NCBI GenBank assembly: GCA_018644935.1
Contig: JABGPL010000007.1
Location: 700 to 64,699 of the forward strand
Length of the DNA: 64,000 nucleotides
Origin: Calditrichota bacterium
Lineage (GTDB): Bacteria; Electryoneota; AABM5-125-24; Hatepunaeales; Hatepunaeaceae
Direction of reading: 5' to 3'
A program made the translations under genes and the position numbers. Below, one piece after another: positions 8,252-18,205 of the stretch. Positions within the stretch are counted from its first letter, which is position 1; the number at the start of each line of letters is the position of its first letter. The notes under the pieces were generated by a model. It was given only the letters and a program-made list of their open reading frames with translations, searched no databases and was not told the DNA's origin.

Positions 8252-11200
8252 TTACTTGATCAAAGCCATCTTCATCCTCGAAACCTGATTTCCTGCTTCA
8301 AGTCTGACGATGTAAACACCGCTTGAGTAATCGGCAGCGTTTAGGGTTAAGGTATGCCTGCCTGCCTGGAATTGTCCGGTTGCGAGCTCTGCGACCTGAC
8401 GTCCGACGATATCAAATACTGCCAGTTTAATATCAGATGCTTTTGTCAGGGCAAACGGGATTGCTGTTGTTGCGTTGAATGGGTTCGGGTAGTTTTGGGC
8501 CAAACCGAATTCAAGCGGTAGGTTTGTTTCGTTGTTTGCTGAAGCCTCTGCACTCACCTCGAGAGAAATTATCATTTCCTGTTCAAGGTTTTCAGCATTG
8601 TGTTGGAAGTTCAGGAGCAGTTCATAAGACCCAACGTCAAGCCCGGTTGAATTGTACATAAAGGTAATCGGAAGTGTCGCTCCAGGATCAACATCGGCAA
8701 ACCGTGGGGCGAAGTTAATCCAATCTGTGTTTGGTCCGAGATCATATATGGATACTTTATCACCTGAAGCATTTGTCATCACAACCGCCATCACCCATTT
8801 CATGGGATCGAAACCCTTAACAATTGCCATTCCACCAACTTGATCTTCAAGCTCTCCTTCAAGCACGGTAACGACACGCATTTCACCTGTTTCTGGATTC
8901 ATCTTCGTTACAAGTGCAAATGGAATGCGCAATGCGGGATTGGTTTTATCACGGCTGACAATATAGAGCGGGAGACCGTCCGAATCGTCTCTGAAATACC
9001 CCAGACCCCAGATATCAAGTTCGTGTTCGTAGGTATTAAGGACATTTCCATCCAGGTCAATTTGAACAAGAGGATCTGTGCGACCATTGGCGACAAAGAA
9101 TGTCCCGGCAGGATCATATGCAAGAGCTCTTTGCAGATCCAAAGGTCCAGGAATAGAATCAATTGCATTTCCCATAAGATCAACAGCAACAATCCAATCT
9201 GTATCACCACCGTAAATTACATCATCGACCAGTGTCATTCCCCTGAAACCATAGCTTGATACACCTGGCTGGTCAACTACACCTGATTGAACACCATCCC
9301 GATCAAACAGATAGAACTTGTTGGGATTTGACCTGTTGTTTGAGCCTGTAATCCAAAGGTCATTGTCTCTGAATGTAACGCCTTGAATTTTCCCATCTCC
9401 TACAGAATCGGTGACGCTGATATGAGCTAATTTACGCCAGCGTTGAGCTTGATCCTCTCCCGAATAATCGAAGAAAGTTCTGTAAGATAGTACACCGTTG
9501 CCATCATTTGTCACAGTAATGACTCGCTCCTGTTCCGTGTCTGGCTGTATGAGTGCAGATAATGAATTATCTGACAGAGCAAAATTGGGATGTCGCAGTG
9601 AAAAGTCCAGATTAATTTCCCCATCTTCGACAATATCAAATCCGGAGCGGGTTGAGTCATTATATCCGGGAGCCCAGGCGGTGAAACTGTAATCTTCACC
9701 AACAAGAACGTTGTCCATCACATATTCACCGTCACGATTGGTCAAACCAAATGATCCCCTGCTGCCGCGAATTTCAGCACCCGGAATAGGTTCTCCTGTG
9801 TCATATTCAACTACTGTGCCGTGAATACTGCCTGTGACAATTACCAGTTTAGTTGAGAATTTAATGGCACGTTCGTCCTGTAGCACAGCAGCTCCATTAG
9901 CGTATTCATTCCAGAACACGTACTCCATTCCATTTGTGCCGTTCAGGTTAACCAGACCAACTGTGGCGTATGGAGTGTCATACTCCAGCGGATCAACATC
10001 ACGATCATCATTTGAAGTTTGATACTGGAATGCTATTTCACCATCACCAGTATAAGTGGGATAATGCTGAGGATCGTATACAATTGCCTGGAAAGTATTA
10101 ACGGAACCAGGGCGAATCCGTCCATCAATCATTCCGATATACCTGCGCATCTGGCTCCATTCGATTATAAACCGGTGGTTTTCTTCATCGTACCAGTAAT
10201 AAATCCCACCGATACGATTTTGGTCACGGTCAACATAATTCACAAGATCATCCCAGAATACACATACCTGCGCCCAGGGACCTAAAGCCGGTGGGATACG
10301 ACGGTTCTGGAAATCGGCGAGCTTGGATTCATCTCCAAATGCGAACCAGCCGTTTGAGCAGATTGTTATTTTTCTTCGGTCTTCAATTTCCTCATCCGGA
10401 CCATATGTACGACCGTAATACTGAAACTGGAATGGCAAATCAATCGGGACTGAGAAGTCCTGTTCATTACCCAGATCGGCGATTTCTGTGTCGGTGCCGG
10501 GACCACCCTGTTCAGGATCAATTTCTATCCATTCGTATTCTGGTGCAACCTCAGGCCATTCTGCATCGGTATCATCAAAACACACATATCCATAATAATC
10601 GGGACCGAACGGTGTGCCATGCCCAGCTTGACCAACAACGAAGTTAAAAGTAGCCTCATCCTGAAAACCGTTTTCGGCTTCAAGATGAATTGTCATATCC
10701 ACAGTTGTACCCGGAACGGTAAGGGTATGGGAATATATTCTGAATCGGGCAGTTACATTATCACCATCAGGTTGAGAGGCTTCGTAGTCGGCTTCATTGT
10801 TAAAAACTACAATAACGTCACGATTTGAAACTAAGGTTGCATGCAATTCATCGCTCGCTAATGGACCAAAATTTCGCAGTGAAACGTCAACCCAGGCTGT
10901 ATCACCCGGTGTGAATGGATCAGGTTCGAAAACAAAATCTACTGCTTCAAGATCAGCTGCAGCGACGTTAAATTCAATTGCGGAGTTCCATGCAAGGTCA
11001 CCGGTTTCGGCTGCCAGAGCCAATACAACTTTGCCGCCATTTCTGTTTAATGTGCCAACATCAACAACAAAAGTAACCATTACACTATCTTCAAGTGCAG
11101 GGGCTTCCTCTATTCTGGCATCTCCATCTATGATTTCAGCAAATCCAGAAAGGAGACTCAGGTTCAAGCCAACAACACCTTCAACTGCTTGATTACCAAA

Positions 11201-13375
11201 GTTCTTAACATAAGTTCTAAGCTCGAGTCTCTCTCCGGGATTGGCGATTTCGTTGTCGTTGCCCTGACTTGCATCCTCGCCATCATCATCAATTACCAGA
11301 GAACCAAATGAAAAACAATAGTCAACTTCTTCTACTTCAATTTCGCCAATATGTGGAACCTTGTCATGCTGGAAAGCAGTTATGAGGTAAGTACCAAGCT
11401 CAAGTTCGCCGGGGTTGAAGGTAAACTCAACCAAACCTTCAGCGCTTGTCGAGGAAAGTCTGACAACCTCAAGGTCATGAACCAGAGAGACATTAATATC
11501 TGAAAGGGGATTATCATTTTCATCTGCAACAAGCACGGTAATTCGATTATCGCCGAGGCTTATTTCAGGTTGATATGTAACGTTTAACGCAGTCGGTATG
11601 GCTGTCCAAATTTGAGTTGCCGGATCACCCATCAGATTAAATTGATAAGCATGCGCTTCCCATACGAGTAATGTCTCAACCTGTGGGTCTTGAACATCGT
11701 TAAACATTCCGAAGTGACGGTAAAGCTCCATCTTGCCCTGATTGAGCGCCCAACCGAAATGCCAGTTATTATCTCTGAATAGACCATTTTGAATGCCACC
11801 GCATAGGACGTTATTATAGTTCGTGTGTGTAAATCCACTTGATCCAAGTGCTCCGATACCGCCACCCTCAACCCAAACGAAGGATTCGGTGTAGCCGAAT
11901 TCATTTAAAACATGATCTGCAAAATCACCCGTATTACATGTAGGTAGTACCAAAAATGGCCATTTGCCGACATTGTTTAACCTACCAGCATCTTCATATG
12001 CCCATGCACCGTTAAATTGTCCCCAACCACGATAATTAAACATCGAGATTCCATCAGTTATGTTTCTCTCAATGAAATCGTGACAATCCTGTTGGTTTGG
12101 GTTGCTGGTAAAATAGAGTGTGTCGACTTCCTCGAAACCAGTATCAAGCAACATTTTTCGCAACCAGCGATTAAGGAAAATTGCTGAGTAGCCAGTTCGC
12201 TGGTCGTTGGCAAGCAATGCAGATCTTCGCAGCCATGCAGAATCATCATTACCATCATCATCGACAAGATGGGGGTTTGTTTCGTAGCTGATAATTTTAT
12301 TGACAATCACACCCAAATCATCTAAATTGCGAGCACTCAGACGACCAATTGCTACATCCGGAAGCATATCATTTCCATCAAGTAGCGAATAAGTATAATC
12401 TGTCTCCCACATGAATGCACGACCAACATCAAATGTTGGTATACTGAAATCAACACGTCGGCGGTCTGCTTCACCAATTATGGTGACGTATTCAGGTGGA
12501 ATTTCCCAGTCGAAATATGCATCAATCAGCATATTTCTGAGTTCATTATTGCCGACCCAACGGTTGATCTCGATCACCTGAGTTGGATATCCCTGCCTTG
12601 TTCGCCACTCAATTAGCGGAGCAATAACATCTCTTAGTCCATCAAATTCGGGAATCACGAAAACATAAGAACCTTTCATTTCTGGATCATCGCGCTCCAG
12701 CGCATCGGTGTTCAGAACCATGGAACGAGCTACAGATAGTACAGCTTCCGAGGGTCGAATTCGACCAGGATTGGCAACGGGATTTACAACATTATTATCT
12801 GTGAAATTTAGTTTAACATCAATTTTATCATAAACCAGAAGATCACCACTGACCGGATTATACTGAACAGGATTTACAGTCACGTTTACCATACGAATGC
12901 CCCGCATGATTACAGGGTCACCTATTTCGACAACATTTTCGGGAAGTAAACCAGTCTGGCGCATGAGCGTAGGACCAACCCACTGGTGTTCTTCTGACTG
13001 AGATTTATCCGTAACGATGCTCGGTGTTTTAGATGATAATGTGCGAACTTCGGAAGCGCTCCAATCAAGCTCGATTCCTGCTGATGGGGGGATTACTATC
13101 ATGCGGCTGATATGGGGTAAATCAAATCCTCCCGGTGAACCACCTATGGATTCGCCAGGGATACGAATTACATATCCTTCGCCCTGATTGTCCGGTTTGA
13201 TATCGAGATTTAAAAGATCGACCGATATCTCAACTTTGTTGGCGTCAGAATGTTCTAAGGATATACTGCAACCGGACTCTTCTGCTGCCATAAGCTGTGA
13301 AGAGAACAGCAAAGCACTGGAAAATAAGACAAAGAGTATATAAATAAAAACGAAAGGCTTGGAGTTGCGGACCAC
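8252..13375 (-). CDS. gingipain-like peptidase C25 family protein with T9SS C-terminal sorting domain
   Basis: GTG start with GGGAGG upstream, then a signal peptide. C25 blocks: SYVFVIPEF...IEWRTRQGY, YVTIIGEAD, TDYTYSLLDGNDMLPDVAIGRLSA and IISYETNP. The Cys box is LVLPTCNTGDF. A CarboxypepD_reg-like segment is GSIHGTVVEYDTGEPIPGAEI. The C-terminus is NYPNPFNATT...VYIVRL. Confidence 0.85.
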   Translation of the reverse strand: MVRNSKPFVFIYILFVLFSSALLFSSQLMAAEESGCSISLEHSDANKVEISVDLLNLDIKPDNQGEGYVIRIPGESIGGSPGGFDLPHISRMIVIPPSAGIELDWSASEVRTLSSKTPSIVTDKSQSEEHQWVGPTLMRQTGLLPENVVEIGDPVIMRGIRMVNVTVNPVQYNPVSGDLLVYDKIDVKLNFTDNNVVNPVANPGRIRPSEAVLSVARSMVLNTDALERDDPEMKGSYVFVIPEFDGLRDVIAPLIEWRTRQGYPTQVIEINRWVGNNELRNMLIDAYFDWEIPPEYVTIIGEADRRRVDFSIPTFDVGRAFMWETDYTYSLLDGNDMLPDVAIGRLSARNLDDLGVIVNKIISYETNPHLVDDDGNDDSAWLRRSALLANDQRTGYSAIFLNRWLRKMLLDTGFEEVDTLYFTSNPNQQDCHDFIERNITDGISMFNYRGWGQFNGAWAYEDAGRLNNVGKWPFLVLPTCNTGDFADHVLNEFGYTESFVWVEGGGIGALGSSGFTHTNYNNVLCGGIQNGLFRDNNWHFGWALNQGKMELYRHFGMFNDVQDPQVETLLVWEAHAYQFNLMGDPATQIWTAIPTALNVTYQPEISLGDNRITVLVADENDNPLSDINVSLVHDLEVVRLSSTSAEGLVEFTFNPGELELGTYLITAFQHDKVPHIGEIEVEEVDYCFSFGSLVIDDDGEDASQGNDNEIANPGERLELRTYVKNFGNQAVEGVVGLNLSLLSGFAEIIDGDARIEEAPALEDSVMVTFVVDVGTLNRNGGKVVLALAAETGDLAWNSAIEFNVAAADLEAVDFVFEPDPFTPGDTAWVDVSLRNFGPLASDELHATLVSNRDVIVVFNNEADYEASQPDGDNVTARFRIYSHTLTVPGTTVDMTIHLEAENGFQDEATFNFVVGQAGHGTPFGPDYYGYVCFDDTDAEWPEVAPEYEWIEIDPEQGGPGTDTEIADLGNEQDFSVPIDLPFQFQYYGRTYGPDEEIEDRRKITICSNGWFAFGDESKLADFQNRRIPPALGPWAQVCVFWDDLVNYVDRDQNRIGGIYYWYDEENHRFIIEWSQMRRYIGMIDGRIRPGSVNTFQAIVYDPQHYPTYTGDGEIAFQYQTSNDDRDVDPLEYDTPYATVGLVNLNGTNGMEYVFWNEYANGAAVLQDERAIKFSTKLVIVTGSIHGTVVEYDTGEPIPGAEIRGSRGSFGLTNRDGEYVMDNVLVGEDYSFTAWAPGYNDSTRSGFDIVEDGEINLDFSLRHPNFALSDNSLSALIQPDTEQERVITVTNDGNGVLSYRTFFDYSGEDQAQRWRKLAHISVTDSVGDGKIQGVTFRDNDLWITGSNNRSNPNKFYLFDRDGVQSGVVDQPGVSSYGFRGMTLVDDVIYGGDTDWIVAVDLMGNAIDSIPGPLDLQRALAYDPAGTFFVANGRTDPLVQIDLDGNVLNTYEHELDIWGLGYFRDDSDGLPLYIVSRDKTNPALRIPFALVTKMNPETGEMRVVTVLEGELEDQVGGMAIVKGFDPMKWVMAVVMTNASGDKVSIYDLGPNTDWINFAPRFADVDPGATLPITFMYNSTGLDVGSYELLLNFQHNAENLEQEMIISLEVSAEASANNETNLPLEFGLAQNYPNPFNATTAIPFALTKASDIKLAVFDIVGRQVAELATGQFQAGRHTLTLNAADYSSGVYIVRLEAGNQVSRMKMALIK

Positions 13376-13486
13376 GATTTCCTCCCACGGAAAAGCAGAT
13401 GTGCTAAAAAAAAGGCTGAGTTATAATATAATACGAAAAGATATGATTGAACAATAGGTAATAGTCATTCGTTAATTGGAAATGTT

Positions 13487-14773
13487 TTATTGCCCCGTCC
13501 AGATATAATGATCTTTTTTCAGTGATTCTACCCATTCGGTAAACACTTCTTCCCGCTTGTTACCAGTTGCATACATCTCAAGCATATTCCAGTCGTCAGT
13601 GATGTTCATGCGATGTTCCGGTACTTTGCGTTCTAACCGAACAATGTGAATTCCAAAATTCGATTCAAAAGGTTCAGAAATCTGTCCAATCTCGAGCGAA
13701 TTGATTGCGAATTGAAATTCATCCGGTAGATTTCCAACCGGCAATAATTCAAGTCTCCCGCCATCGGATGCAGTTTCTGTATCATCTGAAAACTCTCTTG
13801 CAAGTTTCACAAAAGACTCACCGCCGACAATGCGATTTTTTATATCCCCAGCCTTTGTAATGGTCTTTTTCCTGTCATCTTCGGTTGGAGCAAGTTGTAT
13901 CAGGATGTGCTGTGTAGATATTCTTTCTCCCTGACGATCAATTAGGCGGATGATGTGGAATCCATACATTGTTTCAACAATGTCAGAGATCGCACCTGTT
14001 TCAAGGGCATATGCTGCCTCTTCAAAAGAAGGAACAAGATCGCCGCGATTGGTGAATCCGAGCCGACCTCCATTGGATGATGGATCGTCGGAAATTTCGT
14101 TTGCAAGAGAATCAAAATCAGATCCTGCAATTATGGATCTTCTTGCTTCGGTGATTTTTTGTAGGGCTTCCGTTCTGGCTTCTTCTGACGGGTTGATTTC
14201 AAAAAGAATCTGCGATAATTCCACCTGCTCGGGTTGAACTGGCAATTGATCGAGGTTGTCGTTGTAAAACGTGGTTACTTCGTCTCTGCGAACATAAACA
14301 CCGGTGATTTTGGTTTGCTTCAACATGTCAATCAGCATTCCATCCCTAACTTCATCCATCATCTCTCGCTTAATCTGACGCATTGGCTTACCGAAGTATT
14401 CAATCAGTTTATCCTCTGAGCCAACTTGATTGATTAACAGTCCGAGTTTATGTTCCAGTTCTTTTTCTACTGTCCTGTCATCAACAAATAGAGTTTCTTC
14501 AATTGCTTTACTGAGCAATATTTTCTGTGTGATGTAAGCACCCAATACCTGTTGTCTCATCTCGGATATTTGCCCGGTTGTCGGGTTTGGAAGATTTCTC
14601 TCAAGCAGAATAGTATTTATCCCATATGCTATTTCAGACTCCAATATTATCTCGTCATCTACAATTGCAGCGATGCTGTCGATAACTTCTTCTGCAAACA
14701 ATGGTGCGAAGAAAGCACTGAGGAGTATGGTAAGGAGTAGTGCACCTAAGAGGTTTGAACATTGCTTAATCAT
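13487..14773 (-). CDS. surA: periplasmic chaperone / peptidyl-prolyl isomerase SurA-like (two parvulin domains)
   Basis: Signal peptide, a SurA-N-like region, and two parvulin signatures (MYGFHIIRL and NFGIHIVRL). Confidence 0.75.
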   Translation of the reverse strand: MIKQCSNLLGALLLTILLSAFFAPLFAEEVIDSIAAIVDDEIILESEIAYGINTILLERNLPNPTTGQISEMRQQVLGAYITQKILLSKAIEETLFVDDRTVEKELEHKLGLLINQVGSEDKLIEYFGKPMRQIKREMMDEVRDGMLIDMLKQTKITGVYVRRDEVTTFYNDNLDQLPVQPEQVELSQILFEINPSEEARTEALQKITEARRSIIAGSDFDSLANEISDDPSSNGGRLGFTNRGDLVPSFEEAAYALETGAISDIVETMYGFHIIRLIDRQGERISTQHILIQLAPTEDDRKKTITKAGDIKNRIVGGESFVKLAREFSDDTETASDGGRLELLPVGNLPDEFQFAINSLEIGQISEPFESNFGIHIVRLERKVPEHRMNITDDWNMLEMYATGNKREEVFTEWVESLKKDHYIWTGQ

Positions 14774-14941
14774 CTATCAACCTGGGGTTTTATTTCATTG
14801 AGAAACAGATCGGAATAAAGTCTTATATTCCGCAACTCGTAATTTAGATAGATATCAGGTGGAATTCAAGTAAACATTGAAAAACTGAGGTTATAATTTA
14901 TTGTATGCTGATATAATATTAGCCGGACTGTAAGAGAAATT

Positions 14942-17329
14942 TTAATTGTCCAGCACTTCCCGAATCTTGCGCGCCAGAGAAATGTTCTCAAATGGTTTTA
15001 GGAGACAGGGTATATCAGAATCCATTACGCCATGCTGACTGATCGTTTCAGGTGGATGACCCGACATAAAGAGAGCTTTCACGTCGGGCATCATGTCTTT
15101 GTGTAGCTCATTAATCAGCTCCGGACCGCTCATTTTCGGCATGATCACATCTGTAATGATCAGGTGGATTTTAACTTTCAATCCCTTACACATATCCAGT
15201 GCTTCGGTTCCTGAATTTGCTTCGAAAACCGTATAACCAAGTTTGCGAAGATTCCTGCTTGCCATATTTCGAACTCCGGCTTGATCTTCAACAAGGACAA
15301 TGTTCTCAGTTCCAACCGGTGCTACGGAACTTCCGTGTACCTGTGTGTCAGGGACAGTCTCTATGCTTGAACTGGGTAGATAAATATAGAAAATACTACC
15401 TTCACCTATCTCACTCCATACTCGAATAAATCCATCACTCTGTTTTATTATTCCGTAGATAGTTGAAAGCCCGAGTCCTGTACCTTTTCTTTCGTCTTTT
15501 GTTGTAAAAAACGGATCGAATACTTGGGCTTTTATTTCTTCAGTCATACCACAACCAGTGTCACTAACCGCAGCCATGATATAATTGCCGGTGCTCACAT
15601 CCGGATAATTTCTGACATATTCTTCATCAAATGTTACCTCTGATAATTCAATAGTGAGTTTACCACCCATAGGCATTGCATCACGAGCGTTGATTACCAG
15701 GTTGATAAATACCTGTTCAATTTGCCCGGGATCTGCAAATACATTGCCAATGCTGTTTGAGGGGATTATCTCAAACTGAATATTCTCATCAATAATCCTG
15801 AGTAACATACCATCAAGTTTCTTAATTACTTGGTTCAAATCTATTACTTTTGGCTGAAGAGTCTGTTTGCGACTGATTGCCAGAAGTTGACCTGTTAGCT
15901 CGGATGCACGCAGTGCAGCGCTTTTAATTTCCAATATCTCATCTCTGGCGGGGTGATCATCACTTAAACTCATAAGTGCGATTTCTGAATAACCAGTAAT
16001 TATCGTAAGTAGATTATTGAAGTCATGAGCTACGCCACCAGCAAGCCGCCCGATGCCCTCCATTTTTAGGGAATGATGAAGTTGTTCTTCCAGATTTTTT
16101 CGAGTACTGATATCGATTAAATATCCATGAATCTCGACCATCTCGTTGTGGCCATCAAATACGGCGATTGAATTCTCAATCACATTCAGCTTTTTTCCAT
16201 TTTTGTGTATCAGTTTCTTCTCAAGAAATTCAAGCTTTTTCTTTTCCTTCAGGAGGCATATAAACTCATCTCTCTCTTCTCGAGAAGAATATAGACTAAT
16301 CAAAGACTGAGTTTTCATCTCCTCAATTGAGGAATAGCCGAACATTCTAAGAAATGCCGGATTACAGGTGATAATATCTCCGTTTGGTTTGGAGATATAA
16401 TTCCCTGCGAGGTGATTTTCAAATATCCCCCGATATAGTTCCTCACTCTCAATCCTCTTTTCTTCCAAAAGACGCTTTTCTGTGATGTTTTCAAGGAGGC
16501 AGATGAAGAATCCTTTTCTGGGACAATATGCTGAAATAGAGAACCAACGCTCCATTGGTTCAAAATACATTTCAAACTTTATTGGTTCCTTAGATAACGC
16601 AACCTTTCCGTAAATGGATATTAAATCTGGTTCATGATTGGTGATTCCTTTAAACACATCAGTTACTTTCATACCAATTATGTCACGGGTTAATCCTGTA
16701 TGGTGTTTGAAGGCTTCATTTATTTCGAGAAAAATATAGTCTATTGGTTTGTTATTATTGTCAGTTACGATTTTATGAAAGGCAAATCCATTCGGCATGT
16801 TCTCAAATAAAAATCGGTATTCCATTTCGGATTTACGGGTAGCTTCCTCAGACTTCCTAAGATCTGTGACATCCTCTCCTGAGCTAAGGTAGCCAATTGT
16901 TTTCCCATCATCATCATCGATAACCTTATGATGCCAGAGCATAATCCTTTCTTCACCATCTCTGGTTAATAGAGGGAATTCGGTATGTTTGGCGAGTTCT
17001 GTTTCATTGGTCAATGGATTGTGAGACAGGGGAATTACTTGGTCTTTGAATCTCTCCGGTACAAAATTTTCAGACCAGTTCTTTCCGATGATCTCGTTTT
17101 CACTATATCCGAGGATATCGCATGCTTTGCGATTTACCAGAGCAACTGCTCCCAGTGAACTGATCGCAACATAGACTACATTTGCGAGATCCATGTACTG
17201 CAAAGCCTTGGCTCGTTTACCAATAGTTGTATCGTTCAGTTGATTATCCACGACCGTCGGTTCAGAATTGCTGCGAACAGAAACCTCATGATTAATCTCT
17301 ATCTCATTATCAGTAAATTCAAAATTCAC
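14942..17329 (-). CDS. PAS-domain hybrid sensor histidine kinase with C-terminal receiver
   Basis: H-box GGVAHDFNNLLT, N-box INLVINARDAM, G1 DTGCGM and G2 GTGLGLS. The receiver has IITDVIMPKMSG. Several PAS-like repeats lie N-terminally. Confidence 0.85.
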   Translation of the reverse strand: MNFEFTDNEIEINHEVSVRSNSEPTVVDNQLNDTTIGKRAKALQYMDLANVVYVAISSLGAVALVNRKACDILGYSENEIIGKNWSENFVPERFKDQVIPLSHNPLTNETELAKHTEFPLLTRDGEERIMLWHHKVIDDDDGKTIGYLSSGEDVTDLRKSEEATRKSEMEYRFLFENMPNGFAFHKIVTDNNNKPIDYIFLEINEAFKHHTGLTRDIIGMKVTDVFKGITNHEPDLISIYGKVALSKEPIKFEMYFEPMERWFSISAYCPRKGFFICLLENITEKRLLEEKRIESEELYRGIFENHLAGNYISKPNGDIITCNPAFLRMFGYSSIEEMKTQSLISLYSSREERDEFICLLKEKKKLEFLEKKLIHKNGKKLNVIENSIAVFDGHNEMVEIHGYLIDISTRKNLEEQLHHSLKMEGIGRLAGGVAHDFNNLLTIITGYSEIALMSLSDDHPARDEILEIKSAALRASELTGQLLAISRKQTLQPKVIDLNQVIKKLDGMLLRIIDENIQFEIIPSNSIGNVFADPGQIEQVFINLVINARDAMPMGGKLTIELSEVTFDEEYVRNYPDVSTGNYIMAAVSDTGCGMTEEIKAQVFDPFFTTKDERKGTGLGLSTIYGIIKQSDGFIRVWSEIGEGSIFYIYLPSSSIETVPDTQVHGSSVAPVGTENIVLVEDQAGVRNMASRNLRKLGYTVFEANSGTEALDMCKGLKVKIHLIITDVIMPKMSGPELINELHKDMMPDVKALFMSGHPPETISQHGVMDSDIPCLLKPFENISLARKIREVLDN

Positions 17330-18205
17330 AATTTCCCCGTAAAAAAATATTGTTTCAAAAACAGCTTGTTAACGAAAACCAGAAAAATCAAAATAACAAA
17401 GTAAAATAAACGCCTCATTCTTGTTAGTTCATCTGGAAACTTTACATCTAGAATGATTTCCTGATTAACAGTTGTTGACAAGAAAAAAGACAAAGTTGCT
17501 AATATCTTACAGTTGCCATTCATATCAAACAAGTATTTTGACAATTGGTCGGATCTACATGACAGACAGAAATTACAATTTTTCCCTAGTCTCTAATAAA
17601 TAATACGAAACTTTTGTTTAATAGTACATCTTTATGTTTAATATTATCATTATATAGCCTTTCCTGCGAGTGCAACTTCAGGTTGATATTACACTTTTAT
17701 TGAAACTAATCCATTTTTTTGGAAAAAGTTCTTGTCATCTTGTCAAATTCTTGCGGAATTCTTCCAATCAAATCTGTACAGGTTAATAAAGATCTATTCT
17801 AAATGAAACTGTGTGATATGGCACATCTTTACTCGAATATTAAGTTTATTTATCTATTTAAATACTGGTTCTTTTGTATTTAAACACATTCGATGGCAGG
17901 ACTGAAAGATATTCTGATAAAAGGGATAGGGTTCTATTTGCGTAAGTTAGTATTATGTAGGCAGTTATTGGTATTGAAGCCCGAAGAGCCTGAAAATTAA
18001 TACTGCAATAACTATTCCATCTTTATTTTAGTCGCCTCAATATCTACAATTCAAAATAGAGAAAAATCTGAACGGTGCTTTATGCCCGATAATCCATCGT
18101 GTTCGCGTTAAAGGTTGAGTTTGACCAAGAAGAGGTATTACTATATTAGGTTATGCTTTTTTAAAGCAGAAAATTGTACATTATCCTAACATAGATTAAG
18201 CTGAT

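Noticed and set aside
8479-12306. Many 60-140-aa ORFs on both strands inside the C25 gene (for example 8840..9259, 10291..10647, 10797..11192)
   Set aside because: They are nested within a 1707-aa ORF that has strong family motifs along its whole length. They are frame or antisense artefacts. The same applies to ORFs inside the S8, cytochrome, valS, thrS, pheT, recG and 1033-aa genes.
17326-17544. 72-aa ORF overlapping the histidine kinase start by 4 nt
   Set aside because: It could be a small membrane protein. However, it lies in very AT-rich DNA with no RBS and a low-complexity translation, so it is left unannotated.
17545-18205. T-box or other leader upstream of valS
   Set aside because: No T-box consensus, specifier-loop architecture or terminator/antiterminator pair is visible. 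The region is just AT-rich.
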